IMG/VR virus record: IMGVR_UViG_3300037657_000136 | Location: 1 to 40,467 of that record | Source of the DNA: a virus | Lineage: Duplodnaviria > Caudoviricetes | Reading direction: 5' to 3' (one strand) | DNA length: 40,467 bases | Shown here: positions 1-7,600 of the stretch, in pieces | Layout: every line of letters begins with the position of its first letter | How positions within the stretch are numbered: position 1 is the stretch's first letter | The notes under the pieces: generated by a model | The model's input: only the letters and a program-made list of their open reading frames with translations | Databases searched by the model: none | What the model was told of the DNA's origin: nothing | Translations under genes and position numbers: made by a program

Positions 1-127
1 TTGCTGAATTGGCTCACGGCGAGGCCACCAGCGCCAGCGTAAATGATCGCTGACAGTAGCTTCACCGTGGGTTCTGTCAATCCAAATTTCAATATGAAAA
101 TATCATAAACCGATCCGGCGAGGGCAA
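1..127. repeat. Terminal 127-bp direct repeat (copy 1; identical to 40341-40467), probably assembly overlap of a circular contig
   Basis: Exact identity of both ends; falls in the middle of a CDS. Confidence 0.95.
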
Positions 128-236
128 CGGCGACTACAGGGGCACAAAGCATTATGGAAAGAAAATTCGGGGTGCTGACGATAAAATTACTCCGGCTCCA
201 CAACTCCCGCCAGAACCCCCGCCGCCATTTATTCAC
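1..236 (-). CDS. Putative holin (2 TM), 5' part; continues across the junction to stop at 40235
   Basis: GTG at 236 overlaps the endolysin stop; reads MNKWRRGFWRELWSRSNFIVSTPNFLSIMLCAPVVAVALAGSVYDIFILKFGLTEPTVKLLSAIIYAGAGGLAVSQF...; two hydrophobic segments, lysis-cassette position. Confidence 0.6.
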   Translation of the reverse strand, partial: MNKWRRGFWRELWSRSNFIVSTPNFLSIMLCAPVVAVALAGSVYDIFILKFGLTEPTVKLLSAIIYAGAGGLAVSQFS

Positions 237-712
237 GCCGTCACCTTATCCCAGGGGAAATTGGGCCCCGGGTCAACCTTGCCTGGTGTGCGGTCTGGAA
301 TGTCCACGTGGCCAATCACATCATCAATCGGGTAGGCTGCATAGAGAGCTTCGATTACAGCCCGTATCGCCTCAACCTGCTCATTCGGCCAAGAATCCCC
401 GAAGCCCACGTTCTCAATCCCGACGGAATGGCTGTTGACCGAGAGGCCGTTGTAATGCCCCCTGGCATGCCATGTCACCACGTTGAACGGGGCCAACTGG
501 ACAATCGAACCGTCCTTACCGATTACCAGGTGGGCGGATACTTCGGATTTCTTGGCACAGAGCCACGACACGGCCCCTGCCATGCTGTTGCCGCCGGTGT
601 AGTGGATTACAATGAGGGTCGGGGTGATCTCTCCCCCGACATTCGGGGATTCCCGGAACGGGACTTGTACTCCGTCCACGAAAAGCAGGTTGTCGCGCAC
701 TTCGTAGTTCAT
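233..712 (-). CDS. Endolysin, N-acetylmuramoyl-L-alanine amidase (Amidase_2/AmpD-like)
   Basis: IVIHYT, SAHLVI, WHA, SVGIE, GH..I...K.DPG zinc-amidase motifs. Confidence 0.92.
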   Translation of the reverse strand: MNYEVRDNLLFVDGVQVPFRESPNVGGEITPTLIVIHYTGGNSMAGAVSWLCAKKSEVSAHLVIGKDGSIVQLAPFNVVTWHARGHYNGLSVNSHSVGIENVGFGDSWPNEQVEAIRAVIEALYAAYPIDDVIGHVDIPDRTPGKVDPGPNFPWDKVTA

Positions 713-727
713 GGTTCCCTCCTATCT

Positions 728-1075
728 CTACTTTCCTTTTCCAAACTCAATGCGCTCCCTGTCTAAACGAGCTGTTTGATGCGTTTTCACCACCGCCATA
801 TCTTCAACCAACTTATAAAGAATGGCATTTGTAGACCTTTTTTCTTCGGCTGCCGTTTGCTCAATTTTGACCAACTGAGCGCAAAGAGCCGAATACCCCG
901 CGTCCATTTTTCTGTCTTGGGCATTAAATCCTGCGAATACTAAAACTCCAACAGCAGTAATCAGGATTCCGATAGCCCCCCCGGCCCAGACCAAAATCTT
1001 ACTGTTTAAGGCCCAAGCGACAGGTTCTTTGTTGGGCGATTCCCAAGCTGTCGGGTTATTTTTTTTTGCTGTCAA
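728..1075 (-). CDS. Single-TM membrane protein with coiled-coil C-terminus (lysis-associated)
   Basis: TTG at 1075 with GGAG RBS overlapping the upstream stop; TM segment ILVWAGGAIGILITAVGVLVFAGF. Confidence 0.6.
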   Translation of the reverse strand: MTAKKNNPTAWESPNKEPVAWALNSKILVWAGGAIGILITAVGVLVFAGFNAQDRKMDAGYSALCAQLVKIEQTAAEEKRSTNAILYKLVEDMAVVKTHQTARLDRERIEFGKGK

Positions 1076-1479
1076 TGCCCGTTCTCCCTGGCCTCCGTCC
1101 CCAAAGGCCAACTATGCGAATCAATAACCCGCCCAAACACCCGGCTAATCTCGCTGCACACCGCATCCGCCGAAAACTGCATGCAGCTCTTGATAGTAAT
1201 CGTGAAATGCTCCGGCCAGACATCGAAAATCATAAACGAGGTCGTGAGAGGTTGGTAGATGAGTCTTTCTACGAAAGGCTGCATGATGGTCACCCCCTCT
1301 CCGCCCCGGCCGTCAGGGAGGGGAAAGATGCGCACGTCAGGGGCCATCCCGGCCATGTCCATACCCAGGAAGTTCACCAGGCGGACCCGGCCGTCAAGAA
1401 TCTCCTGGAGACTCCTGGCGCCCTCCACCATCACGTCCAAGTTCCAGGTGCGAGAACCGAAGCCGGCCGGCGTAGTCAT
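1072..1479 (-). CDS. S-adenosylmethionine decarboxylase (SpeD/SpeH)-like pyruvoyl proenzyme homologue, divergent
   Basis: GVT...LTTSFMIFDVWPEH...IKSC..F resembles the AdoMetDC G.T...L.ESH...HTWPE...D.F.C pattern; 135 aa. Confidence 0.6.
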   Translation of the reverse strand: MTTPAGFGSRTWNLDVMVEGARSLQEILDGRVRLVNFLGMDMAGMAPDVRIFPLPDGRGGEGVTIMQPFVERLIYQPLTTSFMIFDVWPEHFTITIKSCMQFSADAVCSEISRVFGRVIDSHSWPLGTEARENGH

Positions 1480-2339
1480 TACGTCACCACCGGATTTCCA
1501 ATGCTCACACCCGAGTTAGTGCCAAATAACCCAGCCCAAGTTCCGGCAGGCAAAGCCGAAGTGTTCTGATTAGCCCCGATCTGCGAGCCGTGATACCAGA
1601 GTTGCGCTGTGTTTGCGTCTGCCCAGCGAACCTCCACGATTCGAGCAGCACCATAAGCGGCAACAGAGTTGATTAGTTCTGACCTAACCCCATTAACAAA
1701 TATTGCCATGACAGCATTACTACCGTTATGGTAACACACCCCAAAATTGTTATCGTCAGAGTACCGCCACACAACTCCGCCAAGCATCCCTGCCGTTAGA
1801 CTGACTGGCGCTGCAATAGCAACTTGCCTGCCATAATTTCGCCTTGCTATTGCCTCTGTAATTGTAATCGGCTTGATTGAGAAATTGTCAAAGGTGCCCG
1901 CGGTGGTGGCGACGGCGTGTAGCCTTCCTTTGTCCGTATTTACCGCCCAGCCTGTACGAATGTGTGATCCAGTAGCATTGACCGCCGCACCAACGATGTT
2001 GTTGCCCATATAAATGTAGCCATAGGCGTCGGTGCGAACAAAGTCGATTCTTGTTTCATACAATTGATTTGCAATTGCCGCTACTCCAGCCGCATTTATT
2101 AAGTAGGACGCAACTCCCACAATCTTGGTAGCTTTCCCAGGATTGGTAGAATTAACGTCCCAGCCGGTACCCGGAGTCCAGTCGGCAGCAGCGATCATCC
2201 CTGGATCAGAAATGCACTCTACCCCCAACATCGGATTCGGACTCCACAACCCCGTAGCCGGGTTGTACGTCCAACCGACGTTCTTCCAGGGGGACCCTCC
2301 CCCGGCCAATGCCGGCATATATCGCCTGAGTCTCAGCAT
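1479..2339 (-). CDS. Tail/virion-associated beta-rich protein (CBM/lectin-like domains)
   Basis: Gly/Ala/Thr/Trp-rich beta-strand pattern; follows the tailspike; shares a W..GTGW module with tail tubular B. Confidence 0.55.
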   Translation of the reverse strand: MLRLRRYMPALAGGGSPWKNVGWTYNPATGLWSPNPMLGVECISDPGMIAAADWTPGTGWDVNSTNPGKATKIVGVASYLINAAGVAAIANQLYETRIDFVRTDAYGYIYMGNNIVGAAVNATGSHIRTGWAVNTDKGRLHAVATTAGTFDNFSIKPITITEAIARRNYGRQVAIAAPVSLTAGMLGGVVWRYSDDNNFGVCYHNGSNAVMAIFVNGVRSELINSVAAYGAARIVEVRWADANTAQLWYHGSQIGANQNTSALPAGTWAGLFGTNSGVSIGNPVVT

Positions 2340-2343
2340 GATC

Positions 2344-2655
2344 TTAGCTCGCAGTCGGAATGTAGGTGGCTACGCCCACATCCGCCCCGGCGAAGACGAT
2401 CTTGGGGTTGGTCATCATGGCCCCAATAAAGACAGCCTGCCCTGGCGACAGCGCTCCGGCTGCAAAGGTCAGCAGTGTGGTATCGCCGTCCTTGACCGTG
2501 ATAACTCCGGCGTTGGCAGATTGAAGGACAAAACTAATAAGCTGGGCCGCAGTTGCCGAGATTTCATAGGTGGCGGCCCCGGACATAGGGAGCAGTACGG
2601 CCCCGTTTAGTTGGCGCTTGATTTCGGTCAGGATATTTTTTACATTTATTGACAT
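2344..2655 (-). CDS. Hypothetical virion-associated protein
   Basis: ATG with AGGAGG RBS, position in the tail operon. Confidence 0.6.
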   Translation of the reverse strand: MSINVKNILTEIKRQLNGAVLLPMSGAATYEISATAAQLISFVLQSANAGVITVKDGDTTLLTFAAGALSPGQAVFIGAMMTNPKIVFAGADVGVATYIPTAS

Positions 2656-2705
2656 AACGCCCTCCTGTTTATTTATTAACCCAAACCTGATTAACTCTGC
2701 GTTCC

Positions 2706-4694
2706 TTAAATCGGGAAACTGAACTGTCCAAATGCGCCCTTAGCGTTGGCAGCCGTAAAAGCTGCCGCAGCCTGATCCTTATAGATGTTCACCGTATCGG
2801 ACCCGGCGGCCAAAGCGAACATCCCAGGGGTGGCCACCAGCCCCCCGTTATCAGTAACCCGGCATGGCCCCTGATAATTAGCCCCAAACACAGCCAGCGC
2901 GGCAGTAAATGGCAACGTAAAGGTGAAGCCGGTGGTATCGCTGACCCCCTCGATATGAAATATTACCGTCACTTCCCGGCCCCTTACCCGGTAAAAGATA
3001 TTTGCGGCAGTCAATGAAGCAAACCCGGTGATGGTGGAAACCGCACCATATTGCACCCACTCTTCGCAGCCGATATTGTCATACGCCTGGTAGGCGTCCG
3101 CCAGGGCGACGCTGGCTATAATGCCGTCCGCATTATAAGGGGTGCCCTCGGTGCCAAAGTTAATGACTGTGTTTCCGGTGAACCGGTTGTGCTGTAAAAC
3201 ATTGAGCCCGGCGGAATCATCGACATAAATCCCGTACCAACCGGACCCATCCAAGACGTTGCCGATGATCTTGTTGCGCAGGGAATCACCCTGGTTGGCC
3301 ACCAAGCACAGCAGTCCGCCGTCCCCGGCCGGAGCGAACGGGTGAGTCGGATCGCCGCAGTTGGTGATGTGGTTTAATGCGATCAGGTTGTCAGATCCGC
3401 AGATGTCGATACCCCAACTGAGATGATTCTTAATGCGGTTATTGACGATCTGACACTTATCGCCCCAGAAGACGATCCCCTCACTCTGGTTGTCGTGAAT
3501 GTCGCAGTCGGACACCACCATCCGGCTCAGTCCGGTCACCCCGCCCCAGATGCCGACATGGGCGAACTGGGTGATCTCCATCCGCTCAACCGTCAGCCCG
3601 GTGTAGCCTGCCGCGTGTTCGATGCCGCCGCAACGGTTCTGCACCGCCGACCGCCACGGTAACCCGGTGAAATCCCCCCGCAGGATGAAATCGTGCAGGT
3701 TGACGCCGTCATCCTGGATCGACAGAGCTGCGGCGGAAAACGCCGTCAGGTCTCCTCCAGGAGGCACCACCATCTTGATCTCGGAGTACCCCCGTGAACC
3801 GGAGAGTTCTTTGCAAAGCGAGGTTCCGGCCAGGAACGTGATCACCCAGGTCGACAGGTACTTCTTGGGCAGATAAACCCGGGGGGACATGGTGATGGCC
3901 TGGGAGAGCGGGACCCAGTCATCGGTCACCAGGTCGCCCTTGGCCCCGAACCATTCCGGCACCACATTGGTCAAACCGATCAGCTTGCCGGCCCCGGTAC
4001 AAGCGAATATCTGGTAACAACCGTCGGCAATCGTGTACCCGGTGATGTCAATTTCCGTGGTAATGGCACATGGCGTCCCGAAGAACAGGGCCCCCCCGCC
4101 AGGGTTTGCCGCCAGGGCCGCCGCCAGGGCCGCGCCCGTATAAACCTCGCCCGTCATGTAAGACTTGACATCGATCCATCCTACGTGCGATAAAGTCGTT
4201 GGCAACGCCGGGGAGGCTTCCAGAGCGGTTCCGGCCGCATTCCACCGCAGGTAGGCCGGCGCGCCCGTAAGGTTGACGGGAAGCTGCAACGGCGTCGAGC
4301 TGAAAGTTTCTGGCGCCACCGGAGCCCGATCTATCATGTCTGACAACTGCTGCGATATTTTAACGCCGCGGTCCAGTGCCCGCTCCAACGTCTCCGTAGG
4401 CAATAAACCGGCCTGGGGCAGGGCCAGTTCCTGGGTCAGCGACAACACGATCTTGATCACCACCGTGGAGCCGGATGGCGGGGGGGTTACGAAGGTGACA
4501 CTGCCCCCGTTCTCAACCAGCACCCCGCCTACGCTATAGTCCACTCCCAGGACCTGGAGAACTTCCACCCCCAACACATCCCGGAGGTAAACCACCAGGT
4601 CGTTGTCGTCAAAAATCATGTTGGTATACGGAAAAACCGTCTGGATATCATCACCGGCATAACTCCAGCGATTCACGGGGTTGCTCACTGTCAT
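2706..4694 (-). CDS. Tailspike/tail fibre: T7 gp17-like N-terminal anchor plus right-handed beta-helix (putative depolymerase)
   Basis: N-terminal Y.GD....FP.....DL.VY anchor motif; V.PEWFGAKGD..TDD pectate-lyase-3-like start; parallel beta-helix repeats. Confidence 0.85.
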   Translation of the reverse strand: MTVSNPVNRWSYAGDDIQTVFPYTNMIFDDNDLVVYLRDVLGVEVLQVLGVDYSVGGVLVENGGSVTFVTPPPSGSTVVIKIVLSLTQELALPQAGLLPTETLERALDRGVKISQQLSDMIDRAPVAPETFSSTPLQLPVNLTGAPAYLRWNAAGTALEASPALPTTLSHVGWIDVKSYMTGEVYTGAALAAALAANPGGGALFFGTPCAITTEIDITGYTIADGCYQIFACTGAGKLIGLTNVVPEWFGAKGDLVTDDWVPLSQAITMSPRVYLPKKYLSTWVITFLAGTSLCKELSGSRGYSEIKMVVPPGGDLTAFSAAALSIQDDGVNLHDFILRGDFTGLPWRSAVQNRCGGIEHAAGYTGLTVERMEITQFAHVGIWGGVTGLSRMVVSDCDIHDNQSEGIVFWGDKCQIVNNRIKNHLSWGIDICGSDNLIALNHITNCGDPTHPFAPAGDGGLLCLVANQGDSLRNKIIGNVLDGSGWYGIYVDDSAGLNVLQHNRFTGNTVINFGTEGTPYNADGIIASVALADAYQAYDNIGCEEWVQYGAVSTITGFASLTAANIFYRVRGREVTVIFHIEGVSDTTGFTFTLPFTAALAVFGANYQGPCRVTDNGGLVATPGMFALAAGSDTVNIYKDQAAAAFTAANAKGAFGQFSFPI

Positions 4695-4698
4695 GGCC

Positions 4699-7600
4699 TT
4701 ACTCCTCTATTGCGTCATTTTCCGGGCTGATGGTATCCGCCAAGGAATTGCGCCCCATGTCCCGCAAGATCATCTGTTTCTGGGACACGTCCGGGTACTT
4801 GGGCTTAAACCGCGACTTCACCGCCTGGAGCACCGATTGCGGCTTAATCACGTCGGCATAGCGCTTCGCCTCCAGCATCTTATTGTTGTAGGCCACCCAT
4901 TCATCGATGGTGCGCTGAAACCCGGCCTCATCCTCGTTCCTGATCGCCCGGGCCAGGTCCCCGGCAAACCCCTGCGCCCGGTCCCGGCGGTCGTCTTCCA
5001 TGCGCCGGGCGTGGCGCTCCTTGCTGTAGTGCTCCGCCAGGCGCACCGGCTGAAAACCCATGCCCTTCTTGATCGCCTCCCCCGGGGTCAGTTTCAACGG
5101 CTCCCCCTCGGCGGTAAAGATCGGCTGGCCCTTCATGGTAGTGGCCCCCTCGGTGCTCAAGCGGATCGCCGCCAACAGGTTCCGCACCGACACCGGCGAC
5201 GCGGCCTCCAACGCCCGCCCCTTTTCCCCCTGGCCCAGGGCATAACCCACGCTCCAGATCGTCTGCGCCGGAATGGACCCGGCCCCCAGGACGGCGCCTA
5301 CCAGGTTCTGCCAACTCAACTTGCCGTCCGGCAGGCTGCTCATAACCGGCAGATTAGGAGCTATGCGGCTGCCGATGTCGATTTCCAGGGCCCCGGCCAG
5401 GAGGCCCCGCTGCAATGTGCGCTCAAGCATGGCCGCCGAAGCATGGGAAATTCCAAAGGTGGCCTGCAAATAATCCTTACCGTCTTCTTCGATGTTGCTC
5501 CCAAAGACCGCTTCATAGCCTGTCCGAATTACCGGCCATAGGCCGGTGCCGGTTATTCCACCCATAAGCAAGGCCCCGGCCAACATCCGGGTCAAAGCCG
5601 TGGCCCCCGTCTCCCGGCTGCCGTACACCTCCGGGTTCACCCCCATGGCCGCCTTGCCGAAATTCTTGACCAGGGTTAAATAATTCGTCGTGTAGGTCAG
5701 GAAAATCCCCATCATGGACCCCATCTGCCCCCGGATCACTGCCGGCCTGGTCTCCTTGCCGTAAAGGAAATGCGCCTTCCGGGTCAATTCAATCGCCTGG
5801 TCATAATCCCCCGTCCGGCGATACGCGGCCAGAAAGAAGGTCTCCCGGTTCATCTGTTCCACAAAGGCCCCGCTCCAGAACCCCTTAAACACGTCTATGC
5901 CTTTGGACGCCAGGCTGGTGGGATCGTTGTGGAGCCACCGGTGCAGGGGACTGTAGGACTTGCCGGAGAGTTCCGCCACCCCGGAGGGCGCCAGTTCCGG
6001 CTCGAATCGGGCCCGGGCCAAAACGGCCTCCTCCCCCGGCCGCAGCCCCTCGCCCATCTCCGGCCGCTGCCCCTCGCCGCCCATCATGTAACCGGTCCAG
6101 TCCAGGTACGCCTCTTTCAATTCCTTCATCGGACCCCGGCCTTCAACCTTGACCGTCCCCAGGACCGGCCAGCCCACCGCCAGATTTTGCAGGGAATTGA
6201 TGAAGTGAAAGGAGAGGTTGCCCCCCAGGGTCCAGTTGTAGATGACGTTCCGCACCGCCTGCAGTTCATTGGGGTTGGACAGGACGTAATTGGCGTACTC
6301 GTTCAGGTGGCGCATGAGGTTGGGCATTTCCTTGGGGACCTCCTTGAAGGCTTCCGAGAAACCCCGGATCTTCTCCGCCTTGCCCAGGTAACCTGCCACT
6401 CCCGAAAAGTAATTAGCCAGGGGCCGCAGCAAATCGGTTTCGTACCCCGGCACATTCCAGCGTTTGATAAAGTGCGCCCCCGCCCCCTTGGCGGCCAGGT
6501 AGTCTTGCCAGCCCTCAATCAGGTCATCCTTGCCTGGCCCTTGCAGATTGCCGGTGTTGGCCGCATCAGTGATGATCTTCCACACCCGGGGGATATCGGT
6601 TTCCGTATAAATCTCCATGGGCAACTGCTTATTCAATTTCTCCTTGATGAGGAAACCCTTCTCCGCCGGAAACTCCGCCTCCAAAGCCGCCCGCCGCTCA
6701 TGGTACTGCGCCCGGCTCTGGGCCGCAGTGGCGTGGATCACCGTCGCCTTCATGGCGTCCTGAAATTCCTCCCGGGCCTCGGCCCGGAGCCGGTCCGCCT
6801 TGCTCATCTTCCGTGGGGCGGGCGTCTCGCCCGCCTCCGAACCTTCCGGCGCCTCCATAAATTCCAAAGCGCTTTGCTTCAGGGTAGCCTCCACGTCCAC
6901 CCGGTCCTTGGGATACCGCCGGTCAATGGCCTCCAAAGTCCGCTTGTACGCCCCCTTGGCCTTGGCGCTTGCCGCCGTGTCGATCACCCGGATAAAATAT
7001 TTGCCGTAGCGTTGATGCGGAATGTAATGATTGGTTTCCTTGAGCCAATACTGCATGGATTCCCGGAACCGCTTCAGGGCCGCCGGCACGCTCTTGCCGT
7101 GATCCGCCCCAAAAAATATCTTGGCGATATCTTCCACCGGCGACTCGGTGTGTAGGGTGAAATCCATGATGTCATTAATCTTGCCGCGGTCAAAACCGTG
7201 GGCTTCCAGCCACTCCCGGAGGTTGCGGGTGTGAAAATCTATCTGCAAAGCCTTGTAGTAGTCCAGGCCCATGCGCACCCCGAAAGCCCCCGCCGCCTCC
7301 GTCTCGCTCAGGCCCCGGCTCATGTAAAACTCGATCCCCTTTTGCTTGAGGTCTTCCCGGGGGTTTAGGAGATACCGCTGCCAATGCTCCAGATCGTCCC
7401 CCAGCCGGAACGACCGGCCCATGCCCGGATCGTTGATGAGGTCCAGTTTCACCAGCGCCGCATCCACCCGGGCGCGCTCCTCCGGGTTCAGGCGGTTGGC
7501 ATAAGGCACAAACAGGCTGTGGGCCTCCCCCGCCAGCCTGGAGGTTAAAGCCAGACCTTTGCGCGCCGCTTCAAAGGTCTTTCTCGCCTCGGGGTAGGTG

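Noticed and set aside
1-127. Biological direct terminal repeat as in T7
   Set aside because: The length of 127 equals a common assembler k-mer, it lies mid-gene, and the PBSX-type TerL suggests headful packaging
1479-4694. Diversity-generating retroelement as in BPP-1-like phages
   Set aside because: No reverse transcriptase and no TR/VR pair differing at adenines was seen
5770-7155. Long plus-strand ORFs antisense to structural genes (also 4681-5541, 13239-14162, 16862-18352, 19836-21251)
   Set aside because: Shadow ORFs typical of high-GC coding DNA; no RBS, motifs or operon logic
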